Assembly (NCBI GenBank): GCA_977020255.1
Contig: CDROCS010001137.1
Span: 248,001 to 312,000, forward strand
Origin: Obrimoposthia wandeli
Lineage: Eukaryota
Reading direction: 5' to 3'
Length of the DNA stretch: 64,000 bases
Under the pieces are notes generated by a model that was not told the DNA's origin, did no database searches, and saw only the letters and a list, made by a program, of their open reading frames with translations. The position numbers were made by a program, and so were the translations under genes. Shown here piece after piece: positions 22,924-37,091 of this stretch. Position 1 is the stretch's first letter, and each line of letters starts with the position of its first letter.

Positions 22924-25900
22924 TCAGAGAAGCAGCTGTTTCTTGTTGGCAGTTAAGGTGCTGACGATTTTCTCGCGCAGATGAAAGATACCGCGATCCT
23001 CCACATACTGTGTCTGGCCGAGTCCGTCCCAAAACCGATAGTGGTGACAGAGACCCTCCTCGGGACTCAGTATGGCTACAGCGTTGTTCACGCCGCCGGT
23101 GCTATGAAATGACCACACGTTGTGGACTCCCATCACATCGATCTTGAGGGGGTCCACAAGCAACTTGCTGCGCTGGTACGCCGGGTATATGGTCGCCTCA
23201 CGCCTGCACACGCAATCCCTGATTCATATCTGGACATTGGAGGACACTACAAAATTTAATGAAATTGAATGGATTCCAACTTTTTCTAAATAAAATAACC
23301 AGATTCGTATTTTAATTGTCTCGCTTATCAATTAAAATTGCTTCCTGTTTTCCATTATTCTTCCTAATACTTTTTGAATAGTAAAGTCTTCAACTAATTC
23401 TTGAATTTGTCAACATTGTCAAAGTTTTTTATAATCATTGGTTATTTTGTTGTGAAAACTCAGAGCAGAAATTTCAATTATTTCATCACTCTGTTTGTTA
23501 TTTGAGAATTTCTTAACCATTCTGCAGTCAGCAAAGTGAAAGAAGCAAAAATTTCAATTATTTCATCACTCTGTTTGTTATTTGAGAATTTCTTAACCAT
23601 TCTGCAGTCAGCGCAAATGATAAAAATAATATGCAAAGTTTGACATGCTAAACTTTTTACGTATCCTAGTTACGAAATTCTCAAATAACAGTGATGGAAA
23701 TTTTGAAATGTATGATCCTACTCTCTATTACAATCTACCAATGAATATTAAAAATATGAAAACTTCAAGAAGCAGCTGAAACTATTACGAATAATGGAAA
23801 ACTGCAACCGCCTTTGATAATGAATCATAGATTTATTAGATATTAGCACTATATTAATTGCATTATCGTTAAATTGAATAAGATTTGGTTATTTATAATT
23901 GTAAACATTCCATTAATTGCAAGATCAACAACAAAAATCTTAAACCTCTGCTTTTCGTGCACATTTCATACAGACTATAAAAAATTTAAATCATAAAACA
24001 GCTATTTGTAGTTTCTAATAATTGTATTCGCTTTTTAAAAAAATAGATGTAGAAAATTTGAATCTTTTTGTTTAATTCACAAATAACATTTTTAAATTTA
24101 CAAATATCAGTTATATTTTGATTAAAATGCATCCACTCTTATTTTTTTACATTACGTCTCCAATGGAACTCGAACAAAGAGTCTATCATGCTGCGATGAG
24201 TCCCGAACATGGACTTATTCTTCATTTTGCCATTCAGGCAAATACCTTTGATTGCTTGCGTGTGCGCTGATGTGTCTGGGTCTACGAAATTCACACTATG
24301 ATTTTCTGTCAGATTAATAAAATTTATACCATACTTCAAAGATGCAGAACCTTGACAACAATCCATTACAGCGCATATTTCGTCGACGTAAGAAGAATCG
24401 AATACTCGTCTGGTTGCATTTTTGTATTAACTCCAGCAACTTTATGTCAAGCCAAACAAATTGTCAAAAAATGAACTTAATAAAACAATTAAACTTTTAG
24501 ATTTATTATTTCATAGGATGAATTTATGGTAAATAGATATACATGATTTGGGGTGAATTGACCTAAATGATTGAAAAAATTCGATGCGACGGTACAATAA
24601 AAATAATGTAAAAACTCATAATACATCCAATTATACATTTGGGGTTGAAGATGAGAAATTAGGTGTTTATTTGTATACGAGAATTAGTTTAAATGACCTT
24701 TATTTTCATTTAAGATAAGCTACAACATAAATACATGAATTTTGTGATGTAATTTAAAAATCAACCCAGTATATTTTCGAAGAAATATGACAGATTACAA
24801 ACATAGGGAGTAAAAATACGTAATTTATCACAAATAAATAACAGAACAAATCATATTAAAATTAATTTAGATTCAAATGTATTGAAAGAGTGAGTGTCTG
24901 TATCAAATTATTTTGAAATCATATTTAGTAAAATCTTCAAAATGTTGAAAATGAAACTTTTTAGAACTTCTTCAGTGGAAGGATCAAAATTCTCCAATTC
25001 TAAATCGAGAAATTCATTAATCAGATCACGCAAACCATTCCAATCAAATCTGCATTTGGTAATGGTGCATTAGAATGATTTCCAGTATCGACAAATTGGA
25101 GCAATTTTTTGAAGATTCGTAATGCAATGTTTGAAAGATGATATGGTCACCTTTTTTGCACAGGTTACAATTCCTCAATGGTTACCATACTCCTCTACTT
25201 TTGTTGGTAACGGTAAGATCGTGGCCTTTATTTTCAAATAGATTACTATGACTCCGACAATTACTGATAGTTTTTGTCTTTACTACATTCATTACCACAA
25301 CAATACATTTTTATGAATGGGAAATGAAAAGATGTATTTAGTGACGATTTGACGAACAAAAAGGCATACTAAAATTGCATTAAAGTGGTAACGGAGTGGG
25401 ATTTTTGATTAAACAGATTAACAAGTACGTAATTAATCGTTATAACTGAAATAGCTTAAAATAATGACAGATATTCGAGGATGATGTATTAGAGATAGTT
25501 GGATTAACGAGAAAACGGTATTGATATTATTCATCAAAATCATTTCGCTATATTTAAACAGCATCTCACAGCCATTATCTAGGAGAACATTAACAGAGAG
25601 ACCATGTCATTTTTCTTTAATCAATTTATTATTATCATCTTCTGTTCCGCCAAGAGTATCTGATTTCGCTCCAAACACCAACACGTCGTTTAGATATGGT
25701 CACCAATGTTGGAGCTTGCGTGTTGCCTTATTTTGTCCATCGTTCCATTACTAGACTCTCGGCGGTAGCCTTTGGCGGTTTTCTGATTCTTTAGACATAG
25801 CAGAATACAATATGTATTCGCTCAGATATTTTGAATTTTCAAAAAGGTTGCAATATAATTTTTTACGACCTGCTTACAGTTGGTAAATTGCAGTGATACA

Positions 25901-28900
25901 AAATCAGAAATTATGAAAAGGTAAAAAAATAGAAAATTGTGCCAACGATCTGAGATTCGAAAATCCAATAACAAGTGCAATAAATTGTTACCGTTGTCTT
26001 TAATGTGTTTATTTTAAATTTATCACTAAGGCCATAGAAAATGTGATTTTTTGATTTAGTAATGAATGCGTAAATAAACCAAAGCAATAATTTAAAAAAT
26101 AATAAAAATACAAAACATACATCTATATACACGTAAAAATGTCTATTTAATTATCCTCTCGATTTTGAGTTACTTTCAGAACACGCTTCATCATAGATTT
26201 TATGGTGTTGTCTATAACATTTTGAAGAGTACTGTTCCATTCATGACGTATTATATGTTCTAAATTGTCCAGATTAGTTCCAAGATTTAGTAACCTCTTG
26301 ATCCGAAATTTTAACTAAGGCCAAATGTGTTCGATTGGATTTAGATCAGGCGATCTAGCAGGCCAGTTTTTTGTTCGAAGTCTCATTAATGCTTTGAACT
26401 GCCATATAAAGCCAAGACAATGAGGTAACTCCTAGCGAATATGATAATGGATATACGAAATCCTGCAAAACATATATGTACCAATCACTATTCATGTTGG
26501 ATCTGGACACATAAATTTCACTCCTACCAACTATCCAAATGGCTCCCCAGATGACAAGGCGTCCAGCACCACCTTGGATCATAGGTTCAATATTGATGTT
26601 GTCACTTCTTCAAACCCATAACCAAATACGACCATCTTGTTGCAATAAATAAACTGAGGCTCATAAGACCATACCACTCTTTTCCAATGAGGCTCACACC
26701 TTAAACAGTGTTGCATACACCATTTTGAACGTCCTATTGTTTTATAAAATAATACTTTATTATAATAATATTTTACTTTTTTGTGCAAATCATTCAAGAT
26801 AATCTTACGTCTTCTTTTACAACTTTTAAATCTACAAAGCTTAAGTCGTCTTCGAATTGCAGATACGGAAACATTAATACCAGTACATTGAACTATCTGA
26901 CCACTTGATATTAGATGATCATGTGTAGGACACCGTTCGATACGTCTATCATCTCTTGATGTTGTTTTCTTGGGTCTTCCCTAACCCTCTTTGCGACTTA
27001 ATCGAAAATCATCCCGTATCCAATCTTTAATTGTGAATCTATCTATTCCTGTTCTAGGGAGATTTCATAGGGACTATATTCCTCAACTAATGAAACCTTT
27101 ACTTTTTCTTTATTGTAGGCTTGTAGCTTTTCTAATTTCATTGATTTTTTAATAATTATAATTTGTTGGTATTTTTTTTACGCGTACAATCGTTCTAGTG
27201 ATAATTTAATTTCGCTATTTTTTAAAATTGGTTAGTAAAGGTAGAATTTAGAACATTTATTTGATTCAATACAATTTAACAACTACTATACAATTTTAAA
27301 TTTGTTGTAAATGCTCCTTGTATAGCAACTAATATGTTGACTAATTTCAAATAGCTTTCCATTTGGTTTCATTGTTGGCTTGTTCCAGAAATCCCATTGT
27401 TCTCTCCAACAAAATACTGTCACGTTGAAAGTCAACGTATATTCCTACCATTGTTTATGTTTCTCACATAGAGACAAATTCCAATGCAAATATATTGTCA
27501 CGCGATTTATTGTTTACCATACACAATTTACAGTATAACTATGTCAGCTTTCCTTATTCGTATTCGTTTATACTTGTTAGATTCATTTATAGTCATAACG
27601 AAACAGACCTTATGTTTCTTCCTACATTCTTAGCCTGGAATTGAGGATATCATGTGATATTTCAGTTATTAAGCATGGCATACATTCAGTACGTGTCACT
27701 TTTGCAAACATATTAGATTCATATGAAAAAATATATTGTAAACATATTTTGGGTATGGAATTTCAGCCTCAGTGCTGGCGTAAATGAAACTGTCTGTCAT
27801 TAATAGGGCAATTTTTCTTAATGACATGTCATAAAAAGTCATATTTTTTTTCTAATTTGTAGAGCAACTTTTTATAAATTCTTTATAAATTTATAAAAAA
27901 AAATATATTTTTTAATAATATGTATTTAGTAATTTAGATATAATTTTAATTATACCTAAGGCTATTATTTTTTTCAATATAACACATTTAGTTTAAGCAA
28001 TCTAAATCAGAGAAAGTACTGTTACATTGAAGAATCCCCATTTGAATTTAAAAGGAGTAAAGTGGGAGATCTTCATTGTAAGAAATGCCACACAGATGTA
28101 ACATGTGAGAAGCGTTTTATGGTAGACCGCACCGAGATGGCAAAAAACACCAGAAACAAGTAGCTGTCAATACACATATACTGGAAAATTTTATATCAAA
28201 GCCAGATTATTCAGTAAAGGTATTACGAGCCTTTCTATCTGTAAATATACGATTGGATAAACTGAACCCATTGAATCAGAATTTATTAACATCTTCTAAT
28301 CAAAGATGCCCTTCAATGTCAACTTGTCGAAGTAAACTTCATTACGTTGCCAAACAAATACTTGAAAATATAAAAGAAATTGTCTGTAGTCGAAATGTGT
28401 TTATTGTAAAAGACGAAACAGAAATTGAAGGTAAAAAATATGTTCATACATTAATAGGGACTCTTGAAGAGCCAATACAAACTTATTTGGTTAACTGTGA
28501 ATGCAATAATTCTTCTATAACTTCTAGTGTATATAGAAAAGAGGTTGCAGTCCAATGATATTGTTCCCATAATAAATGATATATCCCAGCATTATATTCC
28601 CAATTGCAATTTTGTCAAAGCATACCAAAAGCAGTTGAAAGAACGTTTTCCAAGTTAGGAAATGTCCTTGAATCAAATAGAAATTTTGATGAAAAAATAT
28701 TTCAGCCTATTTAGTGAGTATAACGGTATAAATTAGTTGTCATTAGATATGCTGACAGCAGCATTGCGCAACATCTAAAGATATGAGATTTTGCAATCAT
28801 GTTAAAATATTTTAAGTTTTTGTGTGTTTAATGAAAGACTTTTTTCTTTTATACACAAAACCTCACTTGCTGTTTTCTTCTCAAAATAATTCTTAACCGT

Positions 28901-31900
28901 TTTGAGCATGACTACAAACTCATCAATAGAAAAAGCTTGCTCATATTTTCACAGCAAATCAAGTGATCAAAGATTGAGGACTTCCTACAAACCTGACATT
29001 ATTTCTTAACTTTTTAGCTTTTAAAGGATTTTTGTTAAATTTTGTAGAACTTTCGCAGATAAGTTCAATTTTATCAGTAATTCCTCCATGTTTATCCATG
29101 AAAAATAATAAATCATAGTTTTACGTCCCATATTAAGGTAAGTATAGATCCGTGGGATATTTAACTAAATTAATGTTGAAAAATGTTAAAGTCTTTTGCA
29201 TAATTTTAATTGATGTCTGACAAACAGATATCCATTTTCAAGAAAACGTATATCTAATGTTTTGTTTCATTTAATTGCAAAGAAGCTGTAAAATATTGGA
29301 AACAAAAGTTTATCGAAACTGGCAGCTTAATTGTTGGAGGTCAGAGAGACCAAAATCGAATGAAGCCAGTGGTCGATTTCTATTCTCTCTACTCATGAAT
29401 TACTAGGAATCGAAGCTGTGACAGTCATTTTGATTCACCCTGTATCTGGAAAATATTTCTCACCGAACTTTCAACAGACTGGTGACATTAAGAGCCACGA
29501 TTGTTTTGTTCTTCTCCATTACTGGGTCACTGGGCCACTCCGTTTTGAAAAATATATTCCGGAAAAGCCAGCCAGCATAGTCAGAGTACTTGACATCGAG
29601 AAGTTCACGGAACATTTGTCGCCAGTTTGATTGTTTTCGGGGAATCAAGAATTCGTCGAGATCGGAGAAAGACACGTACTTATAGTGACCCATCGCACGG
29701 TAGAGGCAATCCTGCAGCATGGCCATTTGTCCGAAATACTTGATCTCCTCTTGGTATCCCGGTGGTATGGGCCACACATGCACCTGATAAGTGGGTTAAC
29801 CACAATGAATGAAACATTCATACTTAAACAAATCTGTATGAGTAGAAACATGTTGATAGACACAATGTCGTATAACTGGGATTTGTGATTTTTAGAAAAA
29901 ATTTCTTTACTGTCGAAATTTCCCAGCTTATCAATTACAGAAAAATTACTTATCAAATCGCTTACAGAATTTTTTAAACAAAACCGTTAGAATTATTGAA
30001 TGAAGCTCCATTGACTGCCGATCAGTGCCAAAATTGAAATCAAGATCCTACATATAATTAAACATGCATTCTCTCACAAAAGCCAATATATATATATATG
30101 ATCTTCTCGAGCCTGGTGCAGTGAATATGTATATACATCTTAGGAGCTACGATGATGACTGCAGATTGATCAAGAAATTCTCAAATAACAAACTGAATTG
30201 CAACAGTGTTGAAAGATTGAAGAAACAGATAAAGACTTTACTATTCAGTAATATATAAAACTAAACAATTTTGTTTCAATGAAAGCGTTTATATTCTATT
30301 CGAGCATTAATCGGCAGCCAATGTAATTCTTCAGCCATATTTTATAGATATTTTGTAAATAATATCCATTGCTTTGCTCGTAATTGTTTGTGGTCTGTTG
30401 AATTTTTAATAGTCTGTTAAAATATGGTATAAAAATAATAAGCAAACTCTGTTTTATCTTAAACAGTATAAACAACTGGAAACAACACCAATATTTGAAA
30501 ATTAATTCATTGATACTTGAAAAAACAAACAAAAGCCTTTCACCTAGATTCATATTCAGATAATGTCCCCACTGCCGCCTCTGAAATGTGTAATCAATGA
30601 TAGTTCATAATTTAAGAGTTTCTATTTCACTTAGAACATTATCAACGTAGGTAGTATGATTACTAATCATACTACCTACGTTGATAATGTTCTAAGTGAA
30701 ATAGAAACTCTTAAATTATGAACTACAAAGAAAGAAGACTTCCAACAAGCTGTTCTACATGATCCCTGATGTATCTCATTGACTTTGTATCTTTTCAAAA
30801 ATCTTATTTTAACCTATTTTAACAAATTCAATACGAATGTCGGTCAACTTTGGAAAGCAGATCCAACGATGCAGGAGACTATTAAATATATTGTAAAGCT
30901 TGATATAAAACTAACTTTAAAAAATCTAATTATAACGTCAACTTAGTCATATCATAAAACTCTTTCTATTAATTGTAGCCATTGTAACTTTGATTAGAGT
31001 TAATCCCAGCCATGATAAAATAATTTGTCGACTTACACCGTTTTCGCATGACGATATAGAAGTACTTCAAGGTTTTACAAAGACCTAACAACCTATTGAC
31101 GTATGATTCAATTAAAAACAGATCAATTGTTATAATTTAGCAGTGCTCAACAGCTCACCTTCATTGGTAAATGCCACTGGATCACAGTAACGTATCTAGC
31201 CTTGATGAGACGCTGCAGAATCTTCTCGACTTTGTAGCCGATTGAATAGTTGTAAAAGTAAACGTGATCGGCCCCCAACACCTGATTGATGGATATCATT
31301 TCCAGGAACTGATCAACTTTGTTGTAAGCTAAATTAAATGGCGTTACACAGACCGCAAAATTGGTCAGAATCTCTGCACGCGGAAATGTCTTAACTTTGA
31401 TGAGGTTGGTCAACTTGTCACACGGATCGTTAACTACAACAGATACGAATCTCGGTTGATCATCGTTTTGTAATGGACAGTAGATGAAACTACCTTTATA
31501 TAAAGTTCCCTGTTCTGGTATTAGTGAAACACTGCCCGTCATAACTCGGGAGTAGTTTAGATTTGCAAACCAAACTACACAATAAATAGTCGTTGGAATT
31601 GATTTCAGAGCACTGATTATAACGAGTTTCTTTGTGGACCTTGAATCATAAAAGGCACTAAATACGTATATATCATTTAAATTTCCTTTGTAAAGCACAG
31701 GTTGAAATGTCTGTCGTTTTTTAGAAAAGTTCACTTGAATTGAGTTAGTGCACTTTGTTGATATGAATTTCAAATTTTGAGTTTTCAAATTTTGATTCTC
31801 ACTAAACACCATTTCACTGTCAACAGACAAAACTACTTGTGGAATTCGAAGATATTTAATATAAACAAAAATACTAAAGAAAAAAAGGAAAAGACTTACA

Positions 31901-31923
31901 GCTACTCTAAAATAAAATCTCAT
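22924..31923 (-). CDS. Glycosyltransferase family 92 (GALT-1-like) type II membrane protein, 3 exons, 454 aa, intact
   Basis: Exons 31923-31159 (AAG|GTGAGC), 29783-29464 (CAG|GTG...CG|GTGAGA) and 23203-22924 (CAG|G), phases 0 and 2 consistent; N-terminal TM; motifs AVCV.P, EMISINQVLGADHVYFY, QDCLYR, SDLDEFLIP, RSKLLVDP..I..MGVH, LCHHYR. Confidence 0.93.
23465..23701. repeat. 68-bp direct duplication (period 80) plus partial inverted copy
   Basis: 23465-23532 and 23545-23612 are nearly identical; 23669-23701 is a partial reverse complement. Confidence 0.85.
24130..24440 (-). mobile_element. Merlin (IS1595-like) transposase C-terminal remnant
   Basis: NHSVNFVDPDTSAHTQAI...GTHRSMIDS.LFEFHWRR. 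Confidence 0.85.
26200..27130 (-). mobile_element. Tc1-like (DD34E) transposon remnant
   Basis: RKTTSRDDRRI (HTH region); WKRVVWS.E; GGAGRLVIWGAI; WPARSPDLNPIEHIW. Confidence 0.9.
27980..28740 (+). mobile_element. hAT (CGGBP-like) transposase remnant
   Basis: BED-like GDLHCKKCHTDVTCEKRFMV; AFLSVNI..DKLN; CPSMSTCR; VFIVKDETEIEG. Confidence 0.65.
30601..30725. repeat. Perfect 125-bp palindrome (62-bp arms, 1-nt centre) in GT92 intron 1
   Basis: 30601-30662 is the exact reverse complement of 30664-30725. Confidence 0.97.
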
Positions 31924-33003
31924 TATCTAAAATTTTATATATTTTTATAAATGATATATTCGAAAAATTAGATTAGGTTTATAATACAGGGGTTAATATT
32001 TTCTAGCATGGAAAATGACTAATGGGTTATTTACCAGTAATTGATACAGACAAACAAGTTTTTATTTCAAAATCACATGAATAAATAAGTAATTATTTAT
32101 ATTTTGCTATAAAATTTTAAAATAATATTAAAAAGTAAGAATTTTTAATTAGAAGTTTACTTTAATAATAAACAATTAGTAATAAAATATTAGATTATCT
32201 TTTATTTATTACTCTTTACAAAATAATAATATGAAAATCTGTTAATACTTTACACATTTATATAATTTTAAATAAAAATATATGACTTTTACCCAGTTTT
32301 AAAATCAGAATAATTTTGTTTAACCTTAAGAGCTGAGTTAGTTTTTTTGTTGTAAAATATGTCAAGGCCATGTGCCAAATTTAAGTATTATTATTTATTT
32401 AATGTGCGTAGTTGAATATTCGAACAAACAGATTGAATGAAATTATGTATGGTAACATTATTTATAGTCCAAAAAAATACAATTGTACAGTTGGTAGACA
32501 TCAAAATGGAGAAAAGGCTTGTTATATTCCATTCTGATCAGTCGTTGTGTCCTTAATGTTAGATTCACAGAAATGTAAAATACATAACCAAATCATCAGA
32601 TTTGAGTTTTGTGCATAACGGGGTTGTGTTTTAACCAACTTTGCATATATTTGCTAGGACTCTTGATTGATAGATACTTAATTAAGTACATACACTAAAT
32701 TGGTCATAAATAATAGAAACTTGCATTGATTGAAATATGTTTGTCTGATTTTTATGTAGAAAAGGAAAGAATTTTTTATTAGAAAGAAAGACTGCTGTAA
32801 ATTGATGTAATTATTTAATAATAAGTTCTAATTAAGAGATCAATTTAAAATTATATGTATGAAACTTTATTATTCATAAGTAAAAGTAGTTAAATATATT
32901 AATTATAAACATAAAATATGATAAAAAACTAATAATGTATTTTATAGTATATAAATCAAAAACTTTAATTGATTTTATTTGATGTTAAAATCTTCATAAT
33001 AAT

Positions 33004-33893
33004 AGAAACAATCTTACACATGAGGCCTACCGGAAAGTTTATGATACTGGATGTATTGAAAGCGTTGACCAAACTAGATTTATTTCAAGAGCCCATCAAC
33101 TGTATTCCCATAAATCAACCAAAATCGCTTTGAGTAGTAATGACGACAAGCGCTTTTGGGTAGAAAATAACGCTAGCCTGGCTTATGGAGACTTCCGAAT
33201 TTAAACAATTTTCATTTTTTGATTAGTTTTTTAAAATTTTAGATCCCTATGGCACCTTGACTCTAACTTTTTGTTATTTCGATACTTTTTTAGGTTGGGC
33301 CTTATCTTTGCTGACAGATCTCGTGATATTTGGCTGAATAAATGTATTAAAAAAATTTTACCTTTATATTTTAATTTTTTAGGGATTTAAAAAAATTATT
33401 ATTCAAAATAAAATATGTTTTTAAAAAATATTTATTATTATAACACATTAACTGTTTTGCAACGATAACCATAAAATACATAAATGTCCACATTTTCTCG
33501 TCGCTGGATCCTGGTATTGTATTTTGTTGTAAAATACTCTTCTTCGTCCTTTTTGTACAATCGAAACAATTTGGTTTGGATAATACGTAACAAGTGGATC
33601 AAATACATGTATTGTTCACTCTCTAACATAAATAGCTATCCAATGTTCTCCTGGTAAATTCAAAGTATGAGTATTGATAATGTAACCTACAAGTTGAAAA
33701 AATGGAATCATTTCAATAGGATAAACTCCATTGGATTTATCACCCAGGACCTTCTCTGCTGATTCTTGTACTTGTACAGAACAAAATAAAAATTAATAAA
33801 TATAAATTTTAAAATTGTCTTACTTCATTCTATGATATGACAGTTCTGTTTTTATTGATTTGTATTTCCGAATCAAATACTCCGTAAATAATA
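33004..33893. mobile_element. Second copy of Polinton pPolB 3' end, protease gene (with its intron) and MCP 3' end
   Basis: Collinear with ~44840-45740; protease ...PGEHWIAIY...CGHLC on the minus strand. Confidence 0.92.
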
Positions 33894-33919
33894 TCGTCTA
33901 AATTGTATTCAAATAAAGG

Positions 33920-35830
33920 TATAACAGACATGAGTCTATGTACATGTTTAAACTTAAAATGTAGCTCTTATATCGACTCCAAGTCGACATATACTACAAA
34001 AAGTGGAGAAACGGACCTTGAGAAATCAGTGGATTTGCATCATAATTATTTTGGAAAAGTGAATAATGTAGTTGTGTTGCTTTTGAAATTACAGTGTAAT
34101 ATGATTACTAAATGCAAGTTCAGTTCTGAAACCAAACAAACATTTTGCGCACCATGCGCCTAATTTTATATATATTGTATTTCAAATTCAGTTTAAATGG
34201 TTTTTATCATTACTCTCTAGTATTAGTAAATTAATCACATGATTAATGTTACTTGGCTTAGTACGATAAATAAGACTTAAATCAATTTTTTTAATACTTT
34301 TTTACTCGAATCTACTTTTTCAGACTTTATTGAAAATCAGTCATTGAAATTTTATTGTCGTTCTTGAATTTAGGTTTATTACCTAGTCATATTTGTTCAT
34401 CAGTATAGATAAGATCATCGAGAAACCGTTTATATTACCCCTGTCTACAGGATGGGGAAGCAAAATCTGAAGAAGAAAACGTTAAACATTCTAAATATAC
34501 ATAATACGCATAAAATATACAAACTGTGGCAAAATGACACATAAAACTGAACGCGCTCATCAGCATGCATATATTATTATGTGTCCACCCTTTTTGTTAA
34601 TCATAATCTGTACACGCTTTCTAAATTCCGTACAGCTTTTGAGAATAAAGACCTCCGAAAATTTACTCCACTCCTCTTGGATGACTTTATTGAGGGAGTC
34701 AATATTAGGGTGATACGTTTTATTAGTCACAATCTATATGTTGCCAACCACAGCGAAATTCAGTGGGTTCAGATTGGGATTGGAGGAGGATCAGTAGTCT
34801 GATTCACAAAAATCTACGAAGTTGGGCCCACAGACTGCTGAATTTTCTTAGTCGTAAGAGAGCGATCGTCATGGCGGTTTGCAACGGCATCCAATGTGAA
34901 TACTTTCTCGTCAGATAAGATCCTCATCGTCGACCCGTGGATCTTAACATATGCGAGCACTTTGTTGCACCGTTCCATTCTCCTTTCTTTCATACGCTCA
35001 GTGAGAAAGTGGCTAGGGTCCCAGTGTACGAATGGAGACCCAATACTTCATGCACAGTTCTTTTGATGGTGCTAGGATTTACTTCTAGTTATGCAGCTAT
35101 TTTATCATGGATGTAATTGCATCTTTCTCAATCCCAGCTTTTAAATTATTTACAAACGTCGAATTGCATTTTTGTTGCTGCTAAACCTACCAGACTTTCT
35201 GTGCACTATTACCCAAATTCAGAGCATACGCTGAATAAATCGTCTGAAATGCGACTTCAACTGTGTTGCAGATATTTATAGGATTAATTAATGTGTGGAG
35301 TAAATATTATTTGTCTTTTGTCTTTTGTCTTTCTGGGCACACATTAATCTAATATTTTACTAAAACAATTTAAAATAGTTACCTAAGATGTCAAAAAATA
35401 TTTTGAATGTATTGCAAATTTAAACAAATGCCTGGTTATTAAGGAATTAAAGTTTTAAATTTATTCCAGATTTTGATTGCTTATATCTTCGTAATGTAAA
35501 GCTGCCAAAACGGAATATACAAAACAATTCTCCTCATTTTTACAAGCATTAATAGTTGATCTTAAAAATAATGGTGTTTTTAAATACGATGTGCCACTAA
35601 TAGTCGATAGTTGAATAAATTTAAATAATATTTGCAATATTTTAAATACAGACCATTTGAAACTCGATTCGCTATATATTTTTATTTTATTATTTAGAAC
35701 AGCCGTTCTACTAGAAACAAAATTATGATCGAAAATATTAACCTTACAACTAATGTGCCATGACTTACAATTACCTCCATTGTCAATGAATACTGTTTCT
35801 ACACCATACTGAATTTTTCACTCCAAAAGC
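33920..35830 (-). pseudogene. pPolB: N-terminal half of pPolB from an older, divergent Polinton, split by a mariner
   Basis: KSWHISCKVNIFD; SGTSYLKTP...CFVYSVLAALH; KYKRFLDDL; INLLILE; WCAKCLFGFRTELAFSNH; FVVYVDLES, matching in order the motifs of the ORF at 41698. Confidence 0.8.
34560..35330 (-). mobile_element. Internally deleted mariner-type (DD37D/maT-like) transposon
   Basis: HFLTERMKERRMERC; LSDEKVFTLD; SPxLNPLxFAV; NIDSLNKVIQEEW; KGGHI. Confidence 0.8.
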
Positions 35831-37091
35831 TTAAAATCGTTCAACTAATTTAGATAGTTTTTCATTATTTATGTTTAAGTTTTGTATGGTTTTTCAATAG
35901 TAGGTTCTTCAATAGGCTCAACAATAATAAGGTCAATATTAGTCAAGTAAATAGACTCAAACGTAATAATAGGTCCATTTAAAATTGACTTGGAAAAGCT
36001 ATCACATAGACCCGGAAACTCATTATCATTGTCAACAATCAATGAATCAATGAAATTTAAAGTATTTGGGATTAATTCAGGTTTACAACTACCCAAATCG
36101 TTATTTATTTGTCTTTACAAACAGTCTTTTTACGAGTAAACATAGTTAAATGGGTTTTATTTCAATTATAAAAATCAGAATAAGTCAAAGATATGTAACT
36201 TATCTTAAAACGGACAAATGAAACGTGACTTATATCCATAATATTTCTCTGATATAGTTTGGCAAGAAGAATTTTATACACCACCATTTGTAGAATAAGA
36301 ATAGCTGCTACATAAACCATTACAACCTCTACCGCGGACATCAAAAGTCCGAGGAAAGACATGAATTACGGAACCATCTTCTAAAACATCGTCTATAATG
36401 CATTTAGATCAAAGACAATACCATTTTGGTTAAAGTAAAGGTTAGTTGACTTGAAAATGGTATGAATTTTCATAACCAAGTCCCTAATTTTGCGTTTAAA
36501 GCTTGTAATAAATTCCTCGCTATGACCTAATGGCGTCGTGTAAAACGGATTTTAAGTCATTGACCCGTTTTTATTTATGACGGAAAATTTTCCGTGTTTA
36601 CCATTTAATTTCAATTGTCTCAAGTCGATTGAATCAACATTTCGTTTGAATTATCTAAAATATTGCTTGAAGGGTCTATCATTTATATCACGGTTTTTAA
36701 TAGATCTGGCAGCTATCACAATTTTCTTAGAGTAGGTGGATGTGTCCGATCTAATCCACACCCCTCCCCCCACTGTCCTTTAAAACCGAGCATGTGTGTG
36801 GAGTGAAATTTCGTGCATGTGTGTGGATTGAAATTTTCTACCCACCCCAAAACTCATAAAAACTAATTTACCCCATATAACACCCTTTAAAATTGAAAAT
36901 CTCATAGGGCTCCCAAAAAAGTGAGGAAGGTCCTGAGAGGCCGTCTGGTGGCGAGCAATACATATGCAGAGTCGCGAAAAAATTTTCCTTGTAAGAATTT
37001 ATATTCATACATATATGTACAGGGTCGCAAATTTTTTTAAAAATCATCAACTACATAAATTGGAAATGATTTCAACATTTTCATTTTATTC

